Shown here: piece by piece, positions 9,376 through 18,865 of the stretch | Layout of the letters: every line of letters begins with the position of its first letter | How positions within the stretch are numbered: the first letter of the stretch is position 1 | Source of the DNA: an uncultured Dehalococcoidia bacterium | Lineage (GTDB): Bacteria > Chloroflexota > Dehalococcoidia > Lucifugimonadales > UBA1123 | Reading direction: 5' to 3' | NCBI GenBank assembly: GCA_964640295.1 | Contig: CAZXFX010000002.1 | Location: 5,758-69,757 of the forward strand | DNA length: 64,000 bases | Notes under the pieces: generated by a model | The model's database searches: none | Told to the model about the DNA's origin: nothing | The model's input: the letters and a program-made list of their open reading frames with translations, nothing else | Made by a program: the position numbers and the translations under genes

Positions 9376-10632
9376 CTAAACCAGGTTTTGGCGGTCAACC
9401 CTGTCGCCGGCGAGGAAGACATCCACTACCCGCCTGAGGTCGGACAGATCGTTGAGCGGATTGCCGCTGACGACCAGCGCGTCGGCCTGCTTGCCGGGTT
9501 CGAGAGAGCCGACCAGCGAGTCCATCCAGCAAGAGCGGGCGGCGTCTCGGGTGGCGGACACGATGGCTTCCATGTTGGACATACCGGCCATGGCGTGCGC
9601 CTCTATCTCGGTCTGGAAGTCGCCCATCTGGTAGTATCCCCAGGCCGAGTCGGATCCGGCGGACATCACCACGCCGGCGTCGCGCATACGAGCGAAATGG
9701 TCCATCCTGACTTCGGACACGGCGCGCGCGGCGTCCAGTTCAGCGCGCAGTTCGGCGTCGAGGTCGTCAACGCTTTCAAGTTCGCGCACACGGGCGACGG
9801 AAGCGCCGATTGTGGGATTCACGAAGACGCCGCTTTCGGCGATTCGCTCGGCTATGTCCGGGCGGTAGGCGTCGGAGCCGTCCGCGTCTTTGTGCACGCC
9901 GTGGATGATGGTGTCTATGCCGGCGTCCAGAACGTTCACCATTCCTTGCGAGGAGGCGCAATGGGCGGCGGCGTGTCTGCCAAATTTGTGGGCTTCCTCG
10001 CATATAGCCGTCAGTTCGTCAACATCGAAGGACGGTCTGAACGGATAGCTGGTGCGCGTGCTGCCGCCGGTTGCGGTTATTTTGATGAAGTCGGCCTCCT
10101 CTTTGATGAGTTGTCTGACGGCGGCGCGACATTCATCCACGCCCGTAGCCTGTATGCCGAAGTAGCTGAGGTGGCCACCGATGATGGCCACAGGCCGTCC
10201 GGCCAGAACCAGGCGAGGGGAAGGCAGAATGCCTATTTCCACCGCTTGGCGAAGAGCGAAAGTCGTGCGGTTCTTGGCGCCGCAGTCGCGGACTGTGGTT
10301 ACGCCCGAGAAGAGATGCCTTCGGGCGTTCTGAGCGGCCTGGACGGTTAGAACTTCGTCCGGCAGGGTGACCAGTTCATCCCCCGCCCTTCCGTCGCCGA
10401 TGCCGATGAGATGAACGTGCGAATCCACAAGGCCGGGCAATATGGTGGCGTCGCCGTAGTCGAGTTCATTGACTGGCGCCCCTTCCGGCGCTTGAACAGT
10501 CTCAGATGTTCCTATCTGGCGAATGGTATCACCTTCGAGGAGGATGGCGGCCTGTTCGGCGACAGGACCTCCGTTGCCGTCAATGAGTCTGGCGGCCTTG
10601 AGTATAGTGAATTGAGCGTTGGATTCTGGCAT
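9376..10632 (-). CDS. amidohydrolase family metal-dependent hydrolase (paralog 1)
   Basis: 418-aa ORF with LPGLVDSHVHL (HxH metal motif), ITATGGSTRTSYP and SAGSDS. It is clearly paralogous to ORF 11730-13028. Confidence 0.8.
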   Translation of the reverse strand: MPESNAQFTILKAARLIDGNGGPVAEQAAILLEGDTIRQIGTSETVQAPEGAPVNELDYGDATILPGLVDSHVHLIGIGDGRAGDELVTLPDEVLTVQAAQNARRHLFSGVTTVRDCGAKNRTTFALRQAVEIGILPSPRLVLAGRPVAIIGGHLSYFGIQATGVDECRAAVRQLIKEEADFIKITATGGSTRTSYPFRPSFDVDELTAICEEAHKFGRHAAAHCASSQGMVNVLDAGIDTIIHGVHKDADGSDAYRPDIAERIAESGVFVNPTIGASVARVRELESVDDLDAELRAELDAARAVSEVRMDHFARMRDAGVVMSAGSDSAWGYYQMGDFQTEIEAHAMAGMSNMEAIVSATRDAARSCWMDSLVGSLEPGKQADALVVSGNPLNDLSDLRRVVDVFLAGDRVDRQNLV

Positions 10633-10714
10633 GAGTGTTTCTCCTTATAGCTTGGCGTCGAATACGTCCAGGCCGGTCAAGCGTTTAGACGCCTCTCCAT
10701 CGCATACTCTTCTC

Positions 10715-11053
10715 CTAGTCCGCTACGATGTACTTGTCGGACCATGCCCTATCCTTCAATAGTTTTTCCCTAGCCATTTCAAGATGAATAGTCACGATCT
10801 GCCTGTCAATTTCAATTCTACGTTCATATAACGCGCCGATTACCAATCGCTCAACTTCCTTAGACATGGACTCTGGATCTGTACCTGGATTCTGACCAGC
10901 CACGCTAAAGTGCAGTTGTGAGATCAGCTCAGGCGCAATAAACTCGTCGCCGCTCTCTAACGCTTCCAAGTAGAAATCCAGGTATATTTTGGTAGCCTCC
11001 TCCATCCTTCCCATAAGCATGAGATCCACCGGATCGGGTTTTCTGCTTTTCAC
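10715..11053 (-). CDS. hypothetical small helical protein, partner of the upstream PD-(D/E)XK-like gene
   Basis: 112-aa ORF. Its GTG start lies 1 nt after the stop of ORF 11055-11711, and it sits in the same low-G+C patch. No motif recognised. Confidence 0.45.
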   Translation of the reverse strand: MKSRKPDPVDLMLMGRMEEATKIYLDFYLEALESGDEFIAPELISQLHFSVAGQNPGTDPESMSKEVERLVIGALYERRIEIDRQIVTIHLEMAREKLLKDRAWSDKYIVAD

Positions 11054-11054
11054 G

Positions 11055-11711
11055 TCACACTTCCTCCAGTATCAGACTTGTAAGCTTCACATCAGTAGAT
11101 TCAGCAACTTCAATCATCATCAAAACTGCGTAGTACTTTCTCCTGGGGCTAAGTAGCTTTGTGGCAGCCAATATCTTGAGAAGCTTAATCATGTCATCAC
11201 GCAGTTGAGGCTGTACATTTTTATTCTGACTCGTTGATTTTACCTCGACAAGAGCCGACCGGCCATTATTGCTGTCATGAAACACCATATCAGGCGATAT
11301 TCGCTGTGGACGAATAATTAAGTCCCATTGATATTGATCCTCACAGAACCAGCCGGCCAGCGCCTCCGCAGACCCTGCCATGGCCGAAGTGTTCAGCAAA
11401 GGATATCGACCGGGATAGTAGAGACTACCAAGCCGAATCTGGCCGCGACCGGCCACGGCGCGGCGTTGAAAGAATAGAACCACATCGTTCCAGGGTTCTT
11501 CTGTTACAAACTCTGTGTACTTATCAACATACCACTGGAATCCTGGATTTGCCGTTAGGTCGGCGCTCCATTGCCATCTTTTCGGCGCCTGGAACCATGA
11601 TGGCACATAATGCCTTTTGAGCATAGCAACTGTATGAGTGTCCCTGGTCAACCCAATTTCACGGGGAGTCACAGGATGACGATATTCGGTTACTGACACA
11701 TCTATGATCAA
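11055..11711 (-). CDS. PD-(D/E)XK restriction-endonuclease-fold protein (hypothetical)
   Basis: 218-aa ORF containing ISPDMVFHDSNNGRSALVEVKST, a textbook PD...(D/E)xK arrangement. TTG start has GAGGT 7 nt upstream and lies 18 nt after the stop of amidohydrolase paralog 2. G+C is visibly lower than the flanks. Confidence 0.55.
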   Translation of the reverse strand: MIIDVSVTEYRHPVTPREIGLTRDTHTVAMLKRHYVPSWFQAPKRWQWSADLTANPGFQWYVDKYTEFVTEEPWNDVVLFFQRRAVAGRGQIRLGSLYYPGRYPLLNTSAMAGSAEALAGWFCEDQYQWDLIIRPQRISPDMVFHDSNNGRSALVEVKSTSQNKNVQPQLRDDMIKLLKILAATKLLSPRRKYYAVLMMIEVAESTDVKLTSLILEEV

Positions 11712-11729
11712 TCAGGTTACCTCGTAAAA

Positions 11730-13028
11730 TCATATCACCGCTGGCGTCTGGCGGACGGCAGCCTGAGATTCGTCGGAGTTGCGTTCCAGTTTCTGTCCCG
11801 CGAAGAATACGTCCTCGACGTTCCAGAGCGCGTTGATGTCGGCGGCGGGATTTCCTCTTACGACCAGGACGTCCGCTTCCTTCCCGGGTTCGAGGGTTCC
11901 GACTCTGTCGTCCATGTTCAGCGCCTCCGCCGCCCAACTCGTCACCGACAGGACGCCCTGCAACGGGGTATAGCCGGCGTGAACCAGCAACTCGGTCTCA
12001 TAGACGGTGTTGCCCAGTTTATAGTTGCCCCAGGACGAGTCTGAACCCGTGATTACCTTGAGCCCCATCTCGATCATGCGGCGCGAGTGTTCCATGCGAA
12101 TGTCCATTCCGACGCGGGTATCGTCGAACTGCGCTTGCTCCTGAGGGGTCAAGCCTTCGTCGTCGCGCTTGTGAGCCAGAACCCAGGCGGTGGATCTTCC
12201 CACATGCAGCGTGGGATTAACATACGCTCCCTGCTCCCCGATTCGTTCCGCTATGTCTTCGCGGAAGTTCTGAGTTCCGTCCGGATCCCGGTAATTGCAG
12301 TGAATGATCATGTCCACGCCCGCGTCGAGGGAATTGGCTATTCCCTCGGAACACATCGAGTGGGTGGCGGTCAGTTTGCCGAACTTGCGCGCTTCACTGG
12401 TCACCGCATTGAGTTCGTCCAGATTGAACGATGGCAGAGACGGGTATGAAGTCCTCGTGCTGCCGCCCGTGGCGGTTATCTTGATGTAGTCCGCCCCCTC
12501 TTTGATAAGCTGCCTCGTGAGCGCGCGCGTCTGGTTGGGGCCGGTGACCTCGCCGCCGAAGTAACCCATGTGTCCGCCAATTATGGAGACGGGGCGACCG
12601 CACAGCGTCATGCGAGGACCGATAGTGAGACCGGCGTTGATGGAATCGCGCAGCCTGAACATGGTCACGTTCTTGGGGCCGTTCTCCCGAATGGTGGTTA
12701 CGCCGGAGTAGAGGCTGGCGCGCGCGTTTCTGGCGGCCTGGACGGTGAGGATTTCGTCGGGCAGCAGCGCGAGGTCGTCGCCCATTCGCCCATCTCCGAA
12801 GCCGTTGTGGTGGGTATGGCAGTCCACCATGCCGGGCATGACCGCGCAGCCTGGGTAGTCGCTGGCGTCCACAGAGGCGCCCTCAGGCGCGCGAACGTCT
12901 TGCTGGGGGCCGGCGGCGGCGATTTTGTTTCCATCCAGCAGGATGGCGCCCCGTTCGATTGGCGGACCTCCCTTGGAGTCTATGAGCCAGTCGGCTGTAA
13001 TCAGTTTGAATTGGGCGTTGGCAGGCAT
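11730..13028 (-). CDS. amidohydrolase family metal-dependent hydrolase (paralog 2)
   Basis: 432-aa ORF with MPGMVDCHTH, ITATGGSTRTSYP and TGSDSS. It aligns by eye along its whole length with ORF 9376-10632. Confidence 0.8.
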   Translation of the reverse strand: MPANAQFKLITADWLIDSKGGPPIERGAILLDGNKIAAAGPQQDVRAPEGASVDASDYPGCAVMPGMVDCHTHHNGFGDGRMGDDLALLPDEILTVQAARNARASLYSGVTTIRENGPKNVTMFRLRDSINAGLTIGPRMTLCGRPVSIIGGHMGYFGGEVTGPNQTRALTRQLIKEGADYIKITATGGSTRTSYPSLPSFNLDELNAVTSEARKFGKLTATHSMCSEGIANSLDAGVDMIIHCNYRDPDGTQNFREDIAERIGEQGAYVNPTLHVGRSTAWVLAHKRDDEGLTPQEQAQFDDTRVGMDIRMEHSRRMIEMGLKVITGSDSSWGNYKLGNTVYETELLVHAGYTPLQGVLSVTSWAAEALNMDDRVGTLEPGKEADVLVVRGNPAADINALWNVEDVFFAGQKLERNSDESQAAVRQTPAVI

Positions 13029-13126
13029 GATTCTCTCCGCTTGACCATATATCTGGGTGTCTGTTGAGTATATCGCGTTTCGACAGAGGTTTCAGCATTG
13101 CCTCGGAAACATGGAGGTTCTTGTGT

Positions 13127-13156
13127 TTGACCGACTGACAGGGGCGGCAATATAAT
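13127..13156 (+). promoter_or_regulatory. sigma-70-like promoter candidate for rsfS (would give a leaderless or near-leaderless mRNA)
   Basis: TTGACC (13127-13132), an 18-nt spacer, then TATAAT (13151-13156). The rsfS ATG is at 13164, only 7 nt after the -10 box. Confidence 0.35.
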
Positions 13157-13163
13157 AGGCGGC

Positions 13164-13526
13164 ATGACTGAACAGGCGATTATAGAATCCAGGAACTGGG
13201 CGGAGATGGCTTTCGACGCCGCGGACGATATGCAGGCCTCCAATATCGTGCTGCTGGACGTTCAGGAGGCGTGCGACTTCGCGGACTACTTCGTGATACT
13301 CACGGCGGAGTCGAGCCGTCAGTTGCGCGCGCTGGTGGAAGACATCGAAGAGCGAATGTCGGATATTGGCGCAAGTTTGCATCATGTCGAAGGAGCGAGA
13401 GACAGCGGCTGGATACTGATGGACTATGGAGGCGTCATAGTCCATCTGATGGGGCCGGAAGAGCGCGACTACTACGGTCTTGAAACGGTTTGGCCGCAGG
13501 CGCGCAGGATTCGGATCATTCCGTAA
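13164..13526 (+). CDS. rsfS: ribosome silencing factor RsfS (iojap family)
   Basis: 120-aa ORF. NIVLLDVQEACDFADYFVILTAESSRQLRALVEDIEE and GWILMDYGGVIVHLM are typical RsfS blocks. Confidence 0.85.
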   Translation: MTEQAIIESRNWAEMAFDAADDMQASNIVLLDVQEACDFADYFVILTAESSRQLRALVEDIEERMSDIGASLHHVEGARDSGWILMDYGGVIVHLMGPEERDYYGLETVWPQARRIRIIP

Positions 13527-13977
13527 TCCAAGGGTCGGTGGATCTGTCGTAGCTTAGCAGTTCGCTATCCGCGAAGAAGAGGGCGAGTTCCCTGACCGCG
13601 GATTCTGGAGAGTCCGAGCCGTGAACGAGGTTGCGGCCAATATCCACGCCGAAATCGCCCCTTATGGAGCCGGGAGGCGAATCCACCGGGTTGGTGGAGC
13701 CCATTGTCTTTCTGACTATCGCCGCGGCGTTGTCGCCCTCGAAAGCCATGGCGACGATTGGGCCGGACGTAATGAAGCCGACCAGCCCGTCGAAGAACGG
13801 CTTGCCGACGTGTTCGCCGTAGTGCCTGTTGGCGAGTTCGTCGCTCACCTGCATGAGTTTCATGCCGACTATCTTCAGTCCCGTCCGCTCCAGGCGGGCG
13901 ATTATCTCTCCGCACAGCCCTCGCTGTACGGCATCCGGTTTCAGAAGTACCAGTGTCTTTTCCAATTGAGTCCTCAT
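13516..13977 (-). CDS. ndk: nucleoside-diphosphate kinase
   Basis: 153-aa ORF with EKTLVLLKPDAVQRGL, GPIVAMAFEG and the NLVHGSDS active-site His motif. Confidence 0.95.
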   Translation of the reverse strand: MRTQLEKTLVLLKPDAVQRGLCGEIIARLERTGLKIVGMKLMQVSDELANRHYGEHVGKPFFDGLVGFITSGPIVAMAFEGDNAAAIVRKTMGSTNPVDSPPGSIRGDFGVDIGRNLVHGSDSPESAVRELALFFADSELLSYDRSTDPWITE

Positions 13978-14008
13978 AATTCTTGGCTTGGTAGAGTATA
14001 GAAAGCGG

Positions 14009-14707
14009 TTATCGTGGGCTTGGCCAGCGTCTGTTCGCCGCGCTTACCTGCGAACTGCGCAGATAGACGGGACTGGCGAGAGCGGGGTCTGACACGCAGC
14101 CGGATTGCAGTTTGGCGTATCCCAGATGGGCTAAGGAAGAAGGGTGTCGAGTTGGCGGCTGCGCGCTAGACAGCCTTGCCGAGTCGCCGAGTCGCCGGCG
14201 AATATCGGGTTCCAGGTCGGGGATCGCTTCTCCGCAGTAGAATGTATCCGGAGAGAGATCGTCGAGAAAAGATTCCAAGTCCCGCAGAGCGATGTCGGCG
14301 TTATCATCCTCTGGATTCAGCGAGCCGACGTATAGCCTGGTTCGACCGGCGCTCATCGCGGCGCAAACTCTTTGCGTCAGGTTTTGGTAGGGATGGAGTT
14401 CCAATTCGAGAGTTCCTACGGTTACGAGCGGTATGGAAGATGTGTGGGCGATTGCCTTGGCAGCGCTCATGCCGACCCTGAGCGCGCTGAATCCGCCCGG
14501 CCCGGACGCGACGAATACGGCTGTGAGGTCGGCTATGCCGGCGTCGGCGTGGTCCAGCGCGCGGTTGATCGCGGGGACCAGTTCTACGGAGTGATTTCTC
14601 TCAGAGCGCCATGCGATTTCGACCAGCGAATGTCCCTTGCGCGAAAGCCCGACGGAGGCGTAGCGCGTGGATGTGTCTATCTGTAATTCCAGCGAGTCGC
14701 TATTCAT
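14009..14707 (-). CDS. tsaB: tRNA threonylcarbamoyladenosine (t6A) biosynthesis protein TsaB
   Basis: 232-aa ORF with LQIDTSTRYASVGL and VASGPGGFSALRVG blocks. It overlaps the tsaE stop by 8 nt. Confidence 0.8.
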   Translation of the reverse strand: MNSDSLELQIDTSTRYASVGLSRKGHSLVEIAWRSERNHSVELVPAINRALDHADAGIADLTAVFVASGPGGFSALRVGMSAAKAIAHTSSIPLVTVGTLELELHPYQNLTQRVCAAMSAGRTRLYVGSLNPEDDNADIALRDLESFLDDLSPDTFYCGEAIPDLEPDIRRRLGDSARLSSAQPPTRHPSSLAHLGYAKLQSGCVSDPALASPVYLRSSQVSAANRRWPSPR

Positions 14708-15185
14708 CTTTCTGTGTCCGCTCTTTCAGTTCGATCAGCGCGGAGAAGAGTCGCTCGCGTCCATCGTAGTCGGCGTCGAGCGTGAGCGTTCGCGCGCTGT
14801 CTGAGATCGTTTCGATTGAAATGTCCACGTGGTCAACCGGGAAGTAGCCTTGCGCCTTGTCCGCCCACTCTATCACGCAAACGCCATCCCCAAATAGGTA
14901 GTCTTCCAGCCCAAGGCCGTCTATCTCCTCGAACGAGTCCAGGCGATAGAGGTCCATGTGGTAAACCGGAATGCGCGCCTCGTATTCGTTCACCAGCACG
15001 AAAGTGGGGCTGCGCGCGTACTCCTCGGACCCCAGCCCCCATAGTATCCCTTGCGTTAGAGTCGTCTTGCCCGCGCCCAGCCCGCCGGTCAGGAGGAGTA
15101 TATCCCCCGGGCGCGCATTCGCCCCGATGGCGCGTCCCAACTCGCGGGTCGCCTCTACCGAGTCGCTCTGAAAGCTGACTTTCAT
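14700..15185 (-). CDS. tsaE: tRNA t6A biosynthesis ATPase TsaE
   Basis: 161-aa ORF with P-loop GGLGAGKTTLTQG, SPTFVLVNEY and HMDLYRL motifs characteristic of YjeE/TsaE. Confidence 0.85.
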   Translation of the reverse strand: MKVSFQSDSVEATRELGRAIGANARPGDILLLTGGLGAGKTTLTQGILWGLGSEEYARSPTFVLVNEYEARIPVYHMDLYRLDSFEEIDGLGLEDYLFGDGVCVIEWADKAQGYFPVDHVDISIETISDSARTLTLDADYDGRERLFSALIELKERTQKDE

Positions 15186-15373
15186 AATTCAGTCGGTCTC
15201 CAAGTCGCAAATTCATGTTCGAGCAGTCGGGCGGGTAGCGAAACATTCGCCGACCCTTTTGTATTATATTGACCATAACCAATCTACAACAAGGCTGGTA
15301 TTCTCAGTACGCGCTGATTTATGAAAGCTCGAATACCCATACGCGCTAAGAACACCACAAGGCGAGGTCCCTC

Positions 15374-16108
15374 TTGAAGGCTCTGATAGTATCCGATGTG
15401 CATAGCAATCTCGAAGCGTTCACGTCCGTAATCTCAGACGCCGAGCGACACGCCGGTTTCGACGAAATCTGGTCTCTGGGCGATTTGGTTGGCTACGGCC
15501 CGGATCCCAACGCGGCGATAGACCTGCTGAGAGAGTATCCCCATAAGGCGATAGCCGGCAATCACGATCTCGCCTCGGCGGGCAAGCTGAGCCTCGAAGC
15601 ATTCAATCCATACGCCGCCGCCGCCAACAGATGGACGGCGGGCGCTCTGGACGCGGAAAGGCGAAGCTATCTGGCGGACCAGCCCCTTACGCTGGAGATC
15701 GAAGAGTTTACGCTGGCTCACGGCAGCCCGCGGGATCCGATATGGGAATATGTCATATCGGTCCGCGCGGCGGTGGCGAGTTTCAATCATTTCGACACTT
15801 ACTGGTGTTTGGTGGGGCATTCGCACGTGCCGTTCATCTGTCGCCCTGGCGCGAGCCGCGGGGCTGTCTTTATGAGTCCGCCGCTCGGAGGCGCATACGA
15901 CCTGGGAGAGGAGAGGCTCATCATCAACCCGGGAAGCGTGGGGCAGCCGCGAGACGGCGATCCGAGCGCGTCTTACGCGATCTATGATTCGGATGAAGAG
16001 ACCGTCAGCCATCGCCGCGTCCTGTACGACATCGAGGCGACGCAGGACAAGATGCGGTCGCACGGTCTGCCCGATTTCCTGATAGACCGCCTTGCGGAGG
16101 GCCGCTGA
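15374..16108 (+). CDS. metallophosphoesterase family protein
   Basis: 244-aa ORF with the SDVHSN, GDLVGYG, GNHD and GHSH motifs of calcineurin-like phosphoesterases. TTG start. Confidence 0.8.
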   Translation: MKALIVSDVHSNLEAFTSVISDAERHAGFDEIWSLGDLVGYGPDPNAAIDLLREYPHKAIAGNHDLASAGKLSLEAFNPYAAAANRWTAGALDAERRSYLADQPLTLEIEEFTLAHGSPRDPIWEYVISVRAAVASFNHFDTYWCLVGHSHVPFICRPGASRGAVFMSPPLGGAYDLGEERLIINPGSVGQPRDGDPSASYAIYDSDEETVSHRRVLYDIEATQDKMRSHGLPDFLIDRLAEGR

Positions 16109-16129
16109 CGCCATAGCGCGAGCGTCCAT

Positions 16130-16714
16130 CTATCGTTTCATTTGCCACCACTCGTTCCATCTGCCGAGCGACAGCTCAGCGATGACGATGTCGCATGGCC
16201 TACCAGCCACGTCTTTGGCGTGATTCGGAAGCGTCGCCACGTGAACGAAGCCGAGCGCTTCCATGGTTTCTACTGCGTGGCTGCGTGGCGCGTCCACCAT
16301 TTCGGCTGTCAGTTTCTCCAAATCCATTTCATGGGCAATGACGGCAAGTTCGCGTATGAGGGCGGACGCTATTCCGTGCTGTCGGTACGCGGGGTCCACG
16401 ACTACCCTCACCTCGCCCATGTGTTTGCGCGCGCCGGCTCTTTGCCTGTGAAGCGTGCCGTCGGCTATGACCTGCCCCTTTTCATTGATAGCGAGCAGGG
16501 GAAGCGCTCTGTCGTAATCCAGCTCGCTTATCCACCTCGATATGACGCGCGGCGACGTCACATTTTCCTTGAGGTAGAACCTGTCCTCTTCCGACACTCT
16601 CAGAAAGAAATCCAGAAGCGCCTCTTCGTGTTCGGGTTTGAGTGGAGTGACAGTCAGGGATTCCCCGCCAATGTCCAGGGCCTTGGGGTACGCAGTCATC
16701 TCATATACAGGCAT
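16130..16714 (-). CDS. GNAT family N-acetyltransferase
   Basis: 194-aa ORF. VVVDPAYRQHGIASALIREL matches the acetyl-CoA-binding motif A region (Q/RxxGxA). Confidence 0.7.
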   Translation of the reverse strand: MPVYEMTAYPKALDIGGESLTVTPLKPEHEEALLDFFLRVSEEDRFYLKENVTSPRVISRWISELDYDRALPLLAINEKGQVIADGTLHRQRAGARKHMGEVRVVVDPAYRQHGIASALIRELAVIAHEMDLEKLTAEMVDAPRSHAVETMEALGFVHVATLPNHAKDVAGRPCDIVIAELSLGRWNEWWQMKR

Positions 16715-16842
16715 AGCGCTTTCTCCAAAGTTAGTTCTATGGGATTAGTTTACAGACTGGCGCGCTCTGTGTCAGCGCAAGAAATACGGTGATGGCGAGA
16801 ACGGCGGCGGCAAGATCATATCGTCGCAAGATTTCAATCGCG

Positions 16843-17859
16843 CTACGCCTTGTAACAGGCGGCCATGTGTCCGGCTTCCTTGTCCTCGAGCGCGGGGTGG
16901 TCGTTGTCGCGGCAGAAGTCGTCGGCTATGGGACAGCGGTCGTAGAAGCGGCAGCGCGCCGGAGGGTCAACCGGGACAGAGACGCCGCCTTTGATTCGCG
17001 CCGGCGGTCGGACGTAAGTGGGATCGGGAACCGGAACCGCAGACAGCAACGCCTTGGTATAGGGATGTTTCGGGTTTTGCAAAACATCCTCAGTTTCGCC
17101 CATCTCCACGATCTTTCCCAAGTACATGACCGCCACCCGGTCGCACATATATCGGGCGACTGCCAGATCGTGCGTAATATACAGGTAGCTGATTCCCAGG
17201 CGCGCCGCCAAATCTTGCATGAGACGCATTATCCCGGTTCTGATGGAAACGTCGAGCATGGAGGTCGGCTCGTCCGCCACTACGAATTTGGGTTCGATGA
17301 CCAATGCTCTCGCAATTGCTACACGCTGCCGCTGGCCGCCCGAAAGCTCGTGCGGGTATCTGAAGAGAAATGAGCGCGGCGGCGTGAGACCCGCCATTTC
17401 GAGCATCTGGGACACCCGTTCAAGCTCGTCGCCAATTTTCTGAGTCTTCAGCGGCTCCGCGATAGTGTCGAAGACAGCGCGGCGCGGATTCATGGACTCG
17501 TATGGGTCTTGGAATATCATCTGCGCCCGTCTGCGAAATGCCTTGAGCGAAGCGCCCTTCAACGTAGCGATGTCGGTCGGATCGATCTCGCCATCATCGA
17601 AGATGACGCGGCCACTCGTCGGATAGTGAAGTCGCGCCAACAATTTGCCCGTTGTCGTCTTTCCGCAGCCTGACTCGCCCACCAGCCCGAAACTTTCGCC
17701 TCTGGCAATTTCGAACCGCGCGTCGTCAACCGCGTGAATGAATCTGCGGCTTCGCTCGAACCACCTGCCGGAGGATACAGGAAAGAGCTTAGTCAGCCCC
17801 TCCACTCTGAGCAGTGGACTGTTGTCGGACCTGCGCGGCTTCTGCGATTCTTCGGACAT
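16843..17859 (-). CDS. peptide ABC transporter ATP-binding protein (OppF/DppF type)
   Basis: Walker A GESGCGKTT, signature LSGGQRQR, Walker B VVADEPTSMLD and a C-terminal oligopeptide-type extension with Cys residues. Confidence 0.9.
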   Translation of the reverse strand: MSEESQKPRRSDNSPLLRVEGLTKLFPVSSGRWFERSRRFIHAVDDARFEIARGESFGLVGESGCGKTTTGKLLARLHYPTSGRVIFDDGEIDPTDIATLKGASLKAFRRRAQMIFQDPYESMNPRRAVFDTIAEPLKTQKIGDELERVSQMLEMAGLTPPRSFLFRYPHELSGGQRQRVAIARALVIEPKFVVADEPTSMLDVSIRTGIMRLMQDLAARLGISYLYITHDLAVARYMCDRVAVMYLGKIVEMGETEDVLQNPKHPYTKALLSAVPVPDPTYVRPPARIKGGVSVPVDPPARCRFYDRCPIADDFCRDNDHPALEDKEAGHMAACYKA

Positions 17860-17878
17860 GGTTCAGCGTCTCTTGTGT

Positions 17879-18865
17879 TCAATCTGGTGGATTCCAGCAG
17901 GCGGCCCAGCGTTCGCCTCGCTGAACTATTGGGGGTTCCTGAACGAGGCATTCTTCAGTGGCGTAGTCGCAGCGCGGATGAAAGCGGCATCCAGCCGGTG
18001 GATCGAGCAGGTTGGGAGGCTCTCCTCTCAGCGAAGTCAACGCTCGCTTTTTGCCCGTTACGCTTGGAAACGCGGACATTAGCGCGCGTGTGTAAGGATG
18101 AATCGGATCCTGGAACAGCCCCTCAGTATCCCCAAACTCTACTATCTTGCCGGCGTACATGACCCCTACTACGTCGCTGACCTCGGCGATTACCGCCATA
18201 TCGTGCGATATGTAGATCATGCCCATATCCAGCTCGCGCTGAACTTTCTTCATTTCTCTCAGAATGTGATCTTGAACGATGACGTCCAGCGCGGTAGTAG
18301 GCTCGTCAGCGATTATCAGGTCTGGCTCGCACGCCAGCGCCATAGCGATGATCGCCCTCTGCTTCATCCCGCCGCTGTACTCATGCGGATACCGCCGAAT
18401 GAAGACGCGGTCCAGACTTACTAGGTCGTACAGTTGGCGTACCCTCTCTATGGACTCGGCAGGAGCGCTCTCGACATGATATTCCAGGGCTTCGATTATC
18501 TGGTCTCCTACCCTGTGCACTGGGTTCAGCGAGTTCATAGCCGCCTGAAACACCATCGAGATACGCGCCCACCGGTAATCCAGCATTCGCTCTTCAGACA
18601 GCGGCGCGATGTCCACCCCGTCTATGAGTATCTCGCCGCCAATAATGCGCGCGTTCTCTGGCAGCAGCTTCAGCAGCGTTATCGCTATGGACGACTTGCC
18701 GCATCCAGATTCCCCCACCAGTCCGAGCGCCTGTCCTCGGCGCACCGAGAACGATACGCGGTCCACTGCGCTCACCTCTCCGCCGCGCGTTGTGTAGCGC
18801 ATCGAAAGGTCTCGAACCTCGAGAATCGGACGCTTTGACGACGTGCTTGTGGCGTCATACATCAT
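17879..18865 (-). CDS. peptide ABC transporter ATP-binding protein (OppD/DppD type)
   Basis: GESGCGKSS, YSGGMKQR and IIADEPTTALD motifs. ATG 18865 (MMYDATS) forms an ATGA overlap with the upstream permease stop, so it is preferred over ORF-track start 18931. Confidence 0.9.
   Translation of the reverse strand: MMYDATSTSSKRPILEVRDLSMRYTTRGGEVSAVDRVSFSVRRGQALGLVGESGCGKSSIAITLLKLLPENARIIGGEILIDGVDIAPLSEERMLDYRWARISMVFQAAMNSLNPVHRVGDQIIEALEYHVESAPAESIERVRQLYDLVSLDRVFIRRYPHEYSGGMKQRAIIAMALACEPDLIIADEPTTALDVIVQDHILREMKKVQRELDMGMIYISHDMAVIAEVSDVVGVMYAGKIVEFGDTEGLFQDPIHPYTRALMSAFPSVTGKKRALTSLRGEPPNLLDPPAGCRFHPRCDYATEECLVQEPPIVQRGERWAACWNPPD

Noticed and set aside
9286-10350. 354-aa plus-strand ORF overlapping amidohydrolase paralog 1
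   Set aside because: It is antisense to a well-supported amidohydrolase gene. Its Gly/Ala/Val/His-rich low-complexity translation marks it as a shadow ORF.
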